Under the pieces are notes generated by a model. It saw only the letters and a list, made by a program, of their open reading frames with translations, did no database searches and was not told the DNA's origin. A stretch of 25,244 bases of DNA from a virus (taxonomy: Duplodnaviria > Caudoviricetes): positions 1 to 25,244 of the IMG/VR virus record IMGVR_UViG_3300012921_000011; one strand, given 5' to 3'. Shown here in pieces: positions 15,594-23,963 of this stretch. Made by a program: the position numbers and the translations under genes. How positions within the stretch are numbered: position 1 is the stretch's first letter; each line of letters begins with the position of its first letter.

Positions 15594-18566
15594 ATGGCTC
15601 GGAGTCCTCTGACTCCGGGCGGTAACAATACCACGGGCGCGGCCCTATCAGCCACGCCGTGGTATGCCCCCCTTGGGGGGCCGGTGGTCTCCACTGCCAG
15701 CGTCGAGGCGGAACAGCAGTTCCGTTTCGCCGTGGCGGGGACCGTCGACCGCCCCGGCTTCTACAGCGTATCCTCGGCGGGCGTGAGCCGGACTGTGGCT
15801 GTTCGCAAGAACGGATCCACGGGCCTCTCATACACTGCGCCGGATGGGGCTGCGGGCGCATACTTCAGCACCAGCGGTAGCGTCTCCGTAAGCTCTGGCG
15901 ACTTGGTCGCCCTGATGGCGTCTGCCAGCACGACCGCCGGCACCGTCAACTCGCTCATTGCCAACTTCAAGGCGACCACTGGTCACGCCTACCTGCTGCA
16001 GACTTCGCCGTCTCCGGCCTTGTCTCTCGCCATCACCGGCAGCCGCACGCTGGCAATCCACGGCACGACCCTGGGCAACTCCAACGGGTCGATGAACGGG
16101 CGCATGATCGCCCGGATTGGCGGGACGCTTAAGGGCGCGTTCGTCTATATACCGACGAACAGCAAAACGACCGACACGACCGTCACGCTCGCGGTCAACA
16201 ACGTCGACACAACCATTGTTGTCACTGTTCCGGCGGGCACGACGGGCTTCTTCACTTCCGCCAACACCGCCACCTTCTCGAGCGGGGATGACCTGGCGTG
16301 GCGGATCGTCACTGGCAGCGGCGAGGCATTCACGGTCGCGTCGCTTGGCGTCACGGTGGACGTTGGCAGCGGCGCTCAAAGCGACATCTACAGCCGCCCG
16401 ACCGGCACCCTTAACCGCGCCGCATCGGCAACCGCGTCTTACGCCCCGATCAACGGGCAGCTCGCCTTCTCGACGACCGAGGGGCAGAAGCAAGTCGCGC
16501 TTGGCTTCCCGGCCCGACTGTCGCTGTTCCGCGCCTACCTCACGGCGGTGGCCTATGATGCGGTAGCGACGATCCGCGTCAATGGCGTTGCGACGGCCCT
16601 TACCTTCGCGCTGACGACGGGCGTTACGGGGCTATACGAGGACTCCGTCGACACCGTCGATGTCGCAGCCTCAGACCTGATCAGCATTGAGATCACCGGC
16701 ACCGGGACCGGGAACAACACCTTTACCCACGTCGGCCTGACGGTCGAAGACATCACCCCGCTATCAGACGGCACCGGCGCCGCCTCGGGCGTCGGCACGG
16801 CCTCTGGCGTTGGCGCTTCCATTGCCGCGACCACCGGCTCCGCGTCTGGCGTGGGCACCGCGACAGGGGCCGCCTTCGCTCCTGCGCCTCCCTCCGTTGA
16901 CACCACCGGCTCGGCTGTCGGCACGTCCACCGCCTTGGCCATCGGGGCCTTCACAGGCGCGTCCATCGGCACGGCCTCGGGCAGTTCGTCCGTCATCGCC
17001 GTTTCCAACGCGGCCCCGCCCTCGCGCATCAATGCCGGGCCGGTCACGACTATTGAGATTACCGCCGCTGTCGATGGCGCGGGCACGCTGCAGAGCTTCT
17101 ATGCCTCAGACCGCCGCTTCGCCACGCAGCCAACCGACACCCCCGCCAACGTCCCGTTCAATGAGGGCATTCTGGATAGCGGGAGCCTCAGCCTTTCGGC
17201 CTTCGGGAACCGTCGCACCAGCGGCGCAACCCGCCTCGCCGCTGGCCAGATCAGGCTGACGAACATCAACGGCCAGTTCGACGACTGGCGCAGCTACGGC
17301 TTCGACGGTCGCCCGCTTGTCATCCGCCGGGGAACGCCGGGAGCCTACCCCGCCGACTTCCGCACGCTCTTCACCGGCACGGTCGACGCGATCCAGGTCG
17401 ATATGGATGAGGTCGTTCTGAAGCTGCGTGACAAGCAGCTCATGTTCGACCGCCGGGCGCTGTCCAGCACCTACGCCGGGACCAACGCCCTGCCCGATGG
17501 GGTGGAGGGGACTGAGGACGATCTCAGGGGCAAGCCGAAGCCTCGCCTCTATGGGCAGGCCTTCAACGTCGCCCCGCCCTGCGTGAACACCTCCAAGCTG
17601 GTCTATCAGGTCAGTGACGGGGAAATCTCGTCGGTCGATGCGGTGTATGACCGTGGGCAGGCGCTGGCCTTCGCCAGCAACTTCGCCAACCCGACAGCCC
17701 TTCTCGCCGCGACCGTGGCCGGCGGCACCTTCGCCACCTGTGCAGCCTTTGGCCTGTTTCGTCTGGGCAGCGCCCCGGGTGGACAGATCACCGCAGACGC
17801 AACGCAGGGAACCGGAGCGGCAAGCCGAACGGCGGCGCAGATCCTCTTCCAGCTTGGAACGGCTGCAGGCCTCCTCAGCGGCGAGATCAGCACGACGGAC
17901 GTCTCTGCTCTGGACGCGGCCAACAGCAGCCCCCTTGGCCTCTGGGTCAGCGGCGAAGACACCTTCACCGCCCTGATGGACAACGTCGCCGGGAGTGTGG
18001 GCGCCTACTACGGCTTCGACTCCTCCGGCGTCCTCCGCATGGGCAGGCTGACCCCGCCCGAGGGCTCGCCCGTCCTGTCGCTCACCGAGGATGACATCTT
18101 CAAGCCGTTTGAGCGCCTTCCGGCCAACGACGGTGATATTCCCGCTTGGGCCTACACCATCCGTCACAGTCGCCTGTGGACGGTGCAGGGCAACGACCTT
18201 GCCGGGGGTGTGTCTCCGGCCAGACGAGCGGCTCTGGCGACGGAATACCGGGCCGAGCGGGCCGAGAATCTCGCCATCCGCTCCCAGTTCCTGCTGGCCC
18301 CGGAAGAGGCGTTCGACACCCTGTTCATCTCGTCCGACCCCGCGCTGGCTGAGGCCGAGCGCCGCCTGACGATGCACGGCACCCGCCGCGACTTCTTCCG
18401 GGCTCCGGTGCGGGCCGACCTGCTGACCCAGACGGAGCTTCGGCTTCTCGACGTCGTCCAACTGACCCACCCCCGGTTCGGGCTCTCCGGCGGGCGTCTG
18501 TTCCGCCTCCTCGGCTTCACGCTCGAGCTGAAGACGAACCGCGCAATCCTGATCCTGTGGGGCTGA
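15594..18566 (+). CDS. Tail tip / baseplate hub-like protein with N-terminal tandem beta-rich domains
   Basis: 990 aa. C-terminal ~510 aa carries F-T-PTDTP-N, GKPKPRLYG-NV-P and YQVSDG-VDAVYDRG motifs. The N-terminal ~390 aa forms three ~130-aa repeats, followed by a G/A/S/T linker. Confidence 0.75.
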   Translation: MARSPLTPGGNNTTGAALSATPWYAPLGGPVVSTASVEAEQQFRFAVAGTVDRPGFYSVSSAGVSRTVAVRKNGSTGLSYTAPDGAAGAYFSTSGSVSVSSGDLVALMASASTTAGTVNSLIANFKATTGHAYLLQTSPSPALSLAITGSRTLAIHGTTLGNSNGSMNGRMIARIGGTLKGAFVYIPTNSKTTDTTVTLAVNNVDTTIVVTVPAGTTGFFTSANTATFSSGDDLAWRIVTGSGEAFTVASLGVTVDVGSGAQSDIYSRPTGTLNRAASATASYAPINGQLAFSTTEGQKQVALGFPARLSLFRAYLTAVAYDAVATIRVNGVATALTFALTTGVTGLYEDSVDTVDVAASDLISIEITGTGTGNNTFTHVGLTVEDITPLSDGTGAASGVGTASGVGASIAATTGSASGVGTATGAAFAPAPPSVDTTGSAVGTSTALAIGAFTGASIGTASGSSSVIAVSNAAPPSRINAGPVTTIEITAAVDGAGTLQSFYASDRRFATQPTDTPANVPFNEGILDSGSLSLSAFGNRRTSGATRLAAGQIRLTNINGQFDDWRSYGFDGRPLVIRRGTPGAYPADFRTLFTGTVDAIQVDMDEVVLKLRDKQLMFDRRALSSTYAGTNALPDGVEGTEDDLRGKPKPRLYGQAFNVAPPCVNTSKLVYQVSDGEISSVDAVYDRGQALAFASNFANPTALLAATVAGGTFATCAAFGLFRLGSAPGGQITADATQGTGAASRTAAQILFQLGTAAGLLSGEISTTDVSALDAANSSPLGLWVSGEDTFTALMDNVAGSVGAYYGFDSSGVLRMGRLTPPEGSPVLSLTEDDIFKPFERLPANDGDIPAWAYTIRHSRLWTVQGNDLAGGVSPARRAALATEYRAERAENLAIRSQFLLAPEEAFDTLFISSDPALAEAERRLTMHGTRRDFFRAPVRADLLTQTELRLLDVVQLTHPRFGLSGGRLFRLLGFTLELKTNRAILILWG

Positions 18567-18570
18567 CCCG

Positions 18571-19428
18571 ATGGCCAACGCTCTGCTTGCCCATGGCAAC
18601 CGTATCGAAAGCGCGACCCTCTCCGGTGGGTCATGGCTTCCGGCGATGCCGCTGACGAACCTGCAGGACCGAAGGCTCGGCTATCTGGCCCGGTCCTCGT
18701 CTCCTGCAGCCGCTCACACCAAGTTCGACGTCGACTTCGGCGGCACGCGTCTGTTCCGCGTCATTGCGCTGGTCAACCACAACCTCAGCTCGACCGCCAC
18801 CTATCGCATCCGCCTGGGCCTTGACCCGACCTTCGCCACCACGGCGGGCGACAGCGGCACGCGGGATGTCTGGCCCGTCCTCTTCCCGTTCGGCACGGTT
18901 CCTTGGGGCTCGCCTAGCTGGTGGACGGGGCGGATCAGCGCCGAGGAGGCCTCCTCCTACACCGGCACGCTGGTCTTTATTCTGCCGCAGAGCACGAACG
19001 CCCGATACATCCGCGTCGAGATCACCGACGAGTCCAACGTCGACGGCTATGTCCAGGTGGGCCGCATGTTCGCGGCGGACGCATGGCAGCCGACCCGGAA
19101 TATGGTCTACGGCGCCAGCATTGGCTGGGAGCCCCGCACCGAGGTGCAGGCCGCGCTCTCCGGGGCGGAATACTTCAACGAAAAGCCCTCGATCCGCGTC
19201 GTGAAGTTCGAGCTTCCGGCGATGACGGAGGATGAGGCTATGGCGCTGGCTTTCGAGCTTCAGCGCAGCGCCGGGACCAGCAAAGAGGTCCTCTTCGTCT
19301 GGGATCCTGACGACACATTCCACGCGGTGCGGAGGCAGTTCCTTGGCCGGCTTAGCACCCTCTCCCTCATCGAGAACTCCGGCATCAACCGCTGGAAAAC
19401 TCCCTTTGAAATTCAGGAGCTGCTCTGA
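18571..19428 (+). CDS. Tail tip protein (distal tail-like)
   Basis: 285 aa with PL-NLQD, ALVNHNLS-A-RIR, ARY-RVEI-D-N-DGY-GR-F and WQP-N-YG motifs. Lies between hub and fibre. Confidence 0.65.
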   Translation: MANALLAHGNRIESATLSGGSWLPAMPLTNLQDRRLGYLARSSSPAAAHTKFDVDFGGTRLFRVIALVNHNLSSTATYRIRLGLDPTFATTAGDSGTRDVWPVLFPFGTVPWGSPSWWTGRISAEEASSYTGTLVFILPQSTNARYIRVEITDESNVDGYVQVGRMFAADAWQPTRNMVYGASIGWEPRTEVQAALSGAEYFNEKPSIRVVKFELPAMTEDEAMALAFELQRSAGTSKEVLFVWDPDDTFHAVRRQFLGRLSTLSLIENSGINRWKTPFEIQELL

Positions 19429-20849
19429 TGACGAGCGTTACATGGTCAGTCAGTCTGGGCGGCGACGGCTCCACGGTTGACGACACCGCCGATCCGAACA
19501 CCGGGCTGGATAACTACGGCTATGCCTCGCGCCTGGTCCCAGCCTTCAGCAACCTCCTCAACGTCGCCACCTACACGCAAGGGCGGGCGGTGGCTGCGGC
19601 AGCTTCGGCTGTTGATGCGTCCAACTATGCCGCGTCGGCCCTGAACGCGCCCGGCACGAACGCCACCTCGACCACGTCCGTGGCCATCGCCAACAGCGTT
19701 GACAAGACGTTCGTTATCCAGACGGGCAAGGCCTACGTTACCGGCCAGACGCTCAACGCGGCCTCGGCGGCCAACCCGGCCAACTACATGGCGGGGCAGG
19801 TGAAGACCTACAACAGCGGCACCGGCTCGCTGGTCATCGCGGTCTCCCAGATCGGCGGCTCCGGCACCTTCGCCGATTGGGTCATCTCCATGGCCGCTAT
19901 CGTGTCCTCGACCCTGCCCAGCAGAACGGGCAACGGCGGCAAGTTCCTGACGACCAACGGCACCTCGGCTGAAAGCTGGGCGGCTGCGGTCATCCCGTCG
20001 AACAACGGCTCCGACTTCACCAACATGACGACGTTCCGCTCCAATGTGGGCCTCGCCATCGGGTCGAACGTCCAGGCCTATGACGCGGGCCTGCAGTCCA
20101 TCGCCGGCCTCACCACCGCCGCCGACAAGATGATCTATACGACGGCGTCGGATACCTACGCGACGACGGACCTGACCTCGTTTGCGCGGACCCTGCTGGA
20201 CGACGGCAGCGCGGCGGCGATGAAGACCACGCTTGGCTTGGTCATCGGAACCGACGTTCAGGCCTACAACGGCAACCTCGCGGCCATCGCCGGGCTGGGC
20301 TTCACCGCCGACAAGATCATCTTCTCGACGGGGCCGGGGGCTGTGGCCCTGCAGACCCTGACCGGCTTTGCCCGCACCCTGCTGGATGACAGCGACGCCG
20401 CTGCTATGCGGACGACCATCGACGCGGCGACGCGCGGGGCCAATACCGACATCACCTCTTTGGCCCTGACCACGCCCCTTCCGACCTCGCAGGGGGGCAC
20501 GGGGAGCAACTTCGCTGACCTTGCCGCACTCCTCGCCGGCCTGCCCGTCACGGGCGGCTATTCCGGCGAGGGCCGGATCGGCACCCTTCAGTTCAAGTGG
20601 GGGGTCGCCTCTGTGACGTCGGCGTCTTCGGGCACAACCGGTGAGGCTACTGTCACCTACACCACGCCATTCTCTACCGGAACTGCCGGGGTCTGGGTAA
20701 CGCCCGACCTCAACGCCGGCGCGATTGGCGGGACCAATTACGCCCCATACGTCCGCTCCACGTCAGCCGGCAGCGTCATCATTGGCCTCGATAACAGCGG
20801 CACGCCGAACAACAGCTACTCCTGCTACTGGCTGGCCATCGGCTTCTGA
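19428..20849 (+). CDS. Tail fibre protein
   Basis: 473 aa, Thr/Gly/Ser-rich. LPS-TGN-GKFLTTNG-SW, a duplicated LT-FARTLLDD-AAAM-TT shaft repeat, GANTDITSL, and a C-terminal LQFKWG...WLAIG head domain. Confidence 0.85.
   Translation: MTSVTWSVSLGGDGSTVDDTADPNTGLDNYGYASRLVPAFSNLLNVATYTQGRAVAAAASAVDASNYAASALNAPGTNATSTTSVAIANSVDKTFVIQTGKAYVTGQTLNAASAANPANYMAGQVKTYNSGTGSLVIAVSQIGGSGTFADWVISMAAIVSSTLPSRTGNGGKFLTTNGTSAESWAAAVIPSNNGSDFTNMTTFRSNVGLAIGSNVQAYDAGLQSIAGLTTAADKMIYTTASDTYATTDLTSFARTLLDDGSAAAMKTTLGLVIGTDVQAYNGNLAAIAGLGFTADKIIFSTGPGAVALQTLTGFARTLLDDSDAAAMRTTIDAATRGANTDITSLALTTPLPTSQGGTGSNFADLAALLAGLPVTGGYSGEGRIGTLQFKWGVASVTSASSGTTGEATVTYTTPFSTGTAGVWVTPDLNAGAIGGTNYAPYVRSTSAGSVIIGLDNSGTPNNSYSCYWLAIGF
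20049..20420 (+). repeat. Tandem 62-aa (186-bp) degenerate duplication within the tail fibre
   Basis: GLAIGSNVQAYDAGLQSIAGL...LTSFARTLLDD versus GLVIGTDVQAYNGNLAAIAGL...LTGFARTLLDD. Confidence 0.8.
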
Positions 20850-20855
20850 TCCATC

Positions 20856-20926
20856 GGCCCTGATGGTGTTGGAGCACCACCAGGGCCACCGACTAGTGAC
20901 AGCCGGCATCACGCGCGTGACCCGGT
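20856..20926 (+). promoter_or_regulatory. Structured leader (two hairpins) between tail fibre and lysis region
   Basis: GGCCCTG-a-TGGTGT-tgga-GCACCA-c-CAGGGCC (20856-20887) and GCCGG-ca-TCAC-gcgc-GTGA-c-CCGGT (20902-20926). No U-tract. Confidence 0.5.
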
Positions 20927-20975
20927 AAGCGTAACCAGCAAAGCGAGTGACCGCCATGCAGAAAGAACCCCGCTG

Positions 20976-21281
20976 ATGGAGTTCGCCCAGTTTTTCCAAA
21001 TGGTGGCCACAGGCGCCATGGTCATCATCGCGGGGCTTCTCGCGTGGACCGTAAAGGAAGTGGTCCGTCTCGCCGGCACGAATACCCGGATGGAGACCGC
21101 CATGAACACGCTCGAGAAGCGCATGGAGAAGGTGGAGGGCAAGGCCAACGGCGTTGACCAGCTCAATACCAAGCTCGCGGTGCTGGAGGAGCGGTCGGCC
21201 AACACGGTGACCGCCCTTTCCGAGATCAAGGCGCTGCTGGCATCCCCGCCGCCGCCTCCCCGCCGGAGGGCTACCTCTTGA
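20976..21281 (+). CDS. Membrane protein with one N-terminal TMD and coiled coil (holin/antiholin-like)
   Basis: 101 aa. Hydrophobic residues ~8-26, then a heptad-like coiled coil and a basic PPPPPRRR tail. First gene after the fibre. Confidence 0.7.
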   Translation: MEFAQFFQMVATGAMVIIAGLLAWTVKEVVRLAGTNTRMETAMNTLEKRMEKVEGKANGVDQLNTKLAVLEERSANTVTALSEIKALLASPPPPPRRRATS

Positions 21282-22453
21282 TCCTCGACCCCGGGCTGAA
21301 ACAATTCGCTCAGGGTCGCCAAGCCGAGTTCATCGACGCGGTTAACAACAACGGCTCAATGCGGGCCGCCGCCGTCGCGCTTGGTCTGTCGCAGGATATG
21401 ATCGGGCGTTCGATGCGGGGGCTGAAGAAGCGGGCCGCGCTGGCTGGATACAGCCCCGCATCCGACAACATGCACCACCCCATCCCGGACGGCTTCACGA
21501 TCAAGCGCAGGTCGGCGCGCTTCGACCGCGAGGGCAACCCGGCGGGGGGCTGGGTCATCTCGGAGCCCGGCAAGGAAGAACTGGCGGCCATGCTCCGCGA
21601 GTTCATGGAAACCCTGTCGGCGGACTACGGGGGTCGCTCTCCCCTGATCAGCCGAACGTCACCGGACGCCGCTGACGTGCTGGTCTCCTACAAGTTTGGA
21701 GATCCACACTTCGGCATGTCGTCCAGCTCCCAGACCGGGGCCGACGACTTCGACACCGACGACGCCGAGCGCCTGACCCGCGCCGGCATCGACCAGCTTC
21801 TTGCGGTCACCCCCAACGCCGACACCTGCATCCTCGAAGTCATTGGCGACGTGATGCACGCCAACGATAGCTCGGCCCTCACGCCCGGCCACAAGAACCC
21901 CCTGGACGTGGATAAGCGGGGCTTTCACTACGCCCTGATGCGGGCGGGCCTCGCATGGGCCTACGCCGTTGAGCGGGCCCTGGAGAAGCACGAGACGGTC
22001 ATCGTCTGGATGCTCCCCGGCAACCATGACCCCGACGCGGTGTTCGGCATCACCATGGGGCTGGCCTTCTATTTCCAGAACAATCCCCGCGTCATCATCC
22101 CCATCGACAACCACCCCTTCCGCTACCACCAGTTCGGCAAGAACCTGTTTGGCGCCCACCACGGCGACAAGGTGAAGATGGCCGAGCTTCCCCTGCTGAT
22201 GGCCGTCGATCAACCGGAGGCATGGGGCCAGACGGTCTATCGCTACATCACCACCGGCCACATTCACCACGACGTGGTGAAGGAGCTTCAGGGGGTCAGG
22301 GTGGAGAGCCTGCGGACCTTGGCGGCCAAGGACACCTATCACGCCATGAAGGGCTATCGCTCCCTGCGAGACACGCGGGCTGCGGCCTATCACCGGGAGT
22401 ACGGCGAGTTCCAGCGCCACACCGTTTCAGCCGCCATGTTGGAGGCCGCCTGA
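21278..22453 (+). CDS. Calcineurin-like metallophosphoesterase with N-terminal HTH
   Basis: Five metallophosphoesterase motifs in order: GDPHFG, GDVMH, GNHD, HHGD, GHIHH. N-terminal GSMRAAAVALGLSQ is HTH-like. Confidence 0.85.
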   Translation: MILDPGLKQFAQGRQAEFIDAVNNNGSMRAAAVALGLSQDMIGRSMRGLKKRAALAGYSPASDNMHHPIPDGFTIKRRSARFDREGNPAGGWVISEPGKEELAAMLREFMETLSADYGGRSPLISRTSPDAADVLVSYKFGDPHFGMSSSSQTGADDFDTDDAERLTRAGIDQLLAVTPNADTCILEVIGDVMHANDSSALTPGHKNPLDVDKRGFHYALMRAGLAWAYAVERALEKHETVIVWMLPGNHDPDAVFGITMGLAFYFQNNPRVIIPIDNHPFRYHQFGKNLFGAHHGDKVKMAELPLLMAVDQPEAWGQTVYRYITTGHIHHDVVKELQGVRVESLRTLAAKDTYHAMKGYRSLRDTRAAAYHREYGEFQRHTVSAAMLEAA

Positions 22454-22614
22454 TGGTCACCCCGATCCCCTGGAAGCGCAAGTACGCCGCCTATGCCCGC
22501 GAGCGCCGCGAGTACCGCAAGGCCATCCGCCAAGCCGCTGGCTTTCCCCCGGATGAACACGACCTGAGGCCGGAACCGGCAACGCTGGACTTCTACGACG
22601 ACGAGGAGGGGTGA
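22453..22614 (+). CDS. Small hypothetical protein (53 aa, basic N-half, acidic C-tail)
   Basis: GGAGG at 22441-22445 and TGATG overlap with the upstream stop. Sequence MVTPIPWKRKYAAYARERREYRK...DFYDDEEG. Confidence 0.55.
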   Translation: MVTPIPWKRKYAAYARERREYRKAIRQAAGFPPDEHDLRPEPATLDFYDDEEG

Positions 22615-22648
22615 GCCCCGCAGCACAATAGCGGGGCCACCCAACTGC

Positions 22649-22990
22649 TCACCCCATTTGTTCGGCGATGTTGGCGTTGAGCATCCGCCAGAACCGACGT
22701 TCCGTCGCCAGTTCTTCACCCTCCAGCGGGGCGAAGTCATCGCCGTCGTAGGCAACGACAAACTCCGGCACTCCCGCCGGGGCATCGCTCGACAGGAGCG
22801 CCAGTTGCTCGGCGGAAGCCTGGAGCAGCAGTTCTTGCGCGTAGGCCTTGGCGTGTTCGTCGGGGCTCACGGCGGGCAGTTCTACGCACCACGCAAGCGT
22901 AGCGATGGCGTCGGCATGGATGGCGGCGCTGTCGCCAACGGCGGTTGCAAGCTGCGCTGTGTGCCAGTCGATAAGTTCACGAATGTCCAT
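22649..22990 (-). CDS. Hypothetical acidic protein on the opposite strand (moron-like)
   Basis: ATG at 22990-22988 preceded by GGAGAG on the minus strand. 113 aa, MDIRELIDWH...NIAEQMG. Fills a gap in the + strand operon. Confidence 0.6.
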   Translation of the reverse strand: MDIRELIDWHTAQLATAVGDSAAIHADAIATLAWCVELPAVSPDEHAKAYAQELLLQASAEQLALLSSDAPAGVPEFVVAYDGDDFAPLEGEELATERRFWRMLNANIAEQMG

Positions 22991-23125
22991 TGGCTCTCTC
23001 CGGTGTGTGATGGGAGCAACCTGCGCTTTGACGGCCCGGCCATCAATAGACGCGACAAGCACTCGAAGCAGCGGTGGACAGTCTAGGACACCGATCACAA
23101 GCAATTGACAGAACAGGCGGCGCCC

Positions 23126-23464
23126 ATGACCATCCCTGAGACGGTAAAGGACTGGGCGTCCGCCGCGCGTGACGTTCTCGCCCTCCTGTTCACCCCTGTC
23201 GTCACCCTCATCGCTGGCTGGCTGATCTGCATCCTCGCCTATCGCCCGTGGGCTGAAGGGACGCAGGAATAGCGGATCAACTACCTCGGAGCCGTGGCGA
23301 TCATCGCTGTCGTTCTGGTCGGCTTCGGGGGTCAGTGGTTCCAGCGCAACCGGCTGGAGAAGCTGAAGCTGTCAGGCCCCGGTGGCTTCGGCGGCGAGAT
23401 CGAGACGGAGGCCGAGCCCACCGTCACCACCACAACCACCATCGAAACGGAGGTCAAGCCATGA
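23126..23464 (+). pseudogene. Holin-like gene (two TMDs) interrupted by in-frame TAG at 23270-23272 (nonsense allele or readthrough)
   Basis: MTIPETVKDWASAARDVLALLFTPVVTLIAGWLICILAYRPWAEGTQE*RINYLGAVAIIAVVLVGFGGQWFQRNRLEKLKLSGPGGFGGEIETEAEPTVTTTTTIETEVKP*. The same frame continues across the TAG and ends in an ATGA overlap with the endolysin start. Confidence 0.75.
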
Positions 23465-23844
23465 CCTATGCACTCGGGGCGACGTCGCTTGCCCGGCTTC
23501 AAGGCGTCCACCCGGATCTGGTTAAGGTCGTCAAGCTGGCCATCACGCGAACCCCGGTAGACTTCACTGTCCTTGAGGGCCTCCGAACGAAGGAGCGCCA
23601 AGCCGTCCTGTTCAAGCAGGGGGCCACGAAGACCATGAACAGCCGGCACATCACCGGCCACGCGTTCGACCTGGCGCCGGTCATCGACGGCAAGGTGTCG
23701 TGGGATTGGCCGCTCTATCACCGCCTAGAGCCGGTGGTGAAGGCCGCCGCGAAAGAGCTGGGCGTGCCTATCGAGTGGGGCGGGGGCTGGGCGAGTTTCC
23801 CCGATGGTCCCCATTGGCAGCTCCCGTGGAAAGCCTACCCATGA
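23461..23844 (+). CDS. Endolysin, peptidase M15 family (L-Ala-D-Glu peptidase, T5-like)
   Basis: True start ATG 23461 (GGAGG upstream), 127 aa. L-GVHPDL, EGLRT-ERQ, SRH-TGHA-D and WGG-W...DGPH Zn-peptidase motifs. No SAR or signal sequence. Confidence 0.93.
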   Translation: MTYALGATSLARLQGVHPDLVKVVKLAITRTPVDFTVLEGLRTKERQAVLFKQGATKTMNSRHITGHAFDLAPVIDGKVSWDWPLYHRLEPVVKAAAKELGVPIEWGGGWASFPDGPHWQLPWKAYP

Positions 23845-23963
23845 TCGCCGCCTTCCTCGCTGGCTTCTTCACCGTCGCGGGTGGTGCTCTCGCCATCGTC
23901 TGCGCTGCGGTCGGAGGCTTCTTCGGCCTTCGCTGGCTGTATAAGAAGGGGGTAACGGGATGA
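23841..23963 (+). CDS. 40-aa hydrophobic membrane peptide
   Basis: MIAAFLAGFFTVAGGALAIVCAAVGGFFGLRWLYKKGVTG, with ATGA overlaps at both ends. Confidence 0.6.
   Translation: MIAAFLAGFFTVAGGALAIVCAAVGGFFGLRWLYKKGVTG

Noticed and set aside
20560-20890. Diversity-generating retroelement target (fibre C-terminus followed by a hairpin)
   Set aside because: No reverse transcriptase and no adenine-variant template repeat seen in the window.
22658-23086. 142-aa + strand ORF as the real gene
   Set aside because: No clear SD and it reads like an antisense shadow. The minus-strand ORF has an SD and more protein-like composition. Not fully excluded.
23105-23135. Perfect TTGACA just upstream of the holin-like gene
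   Set aside because: The corresponding -10 would fall inside the coding start and has no good match.
23335-23460. ORF-track N-terminal extension of the endolysin (His-rich), and extended starts at 6763, 24114 and 3482
   Set aside because: Better SD-supported or overlap-coupled starts exist at 23461, 6820, 24234 and 3503. The extensions overlap other genes or leader structure.
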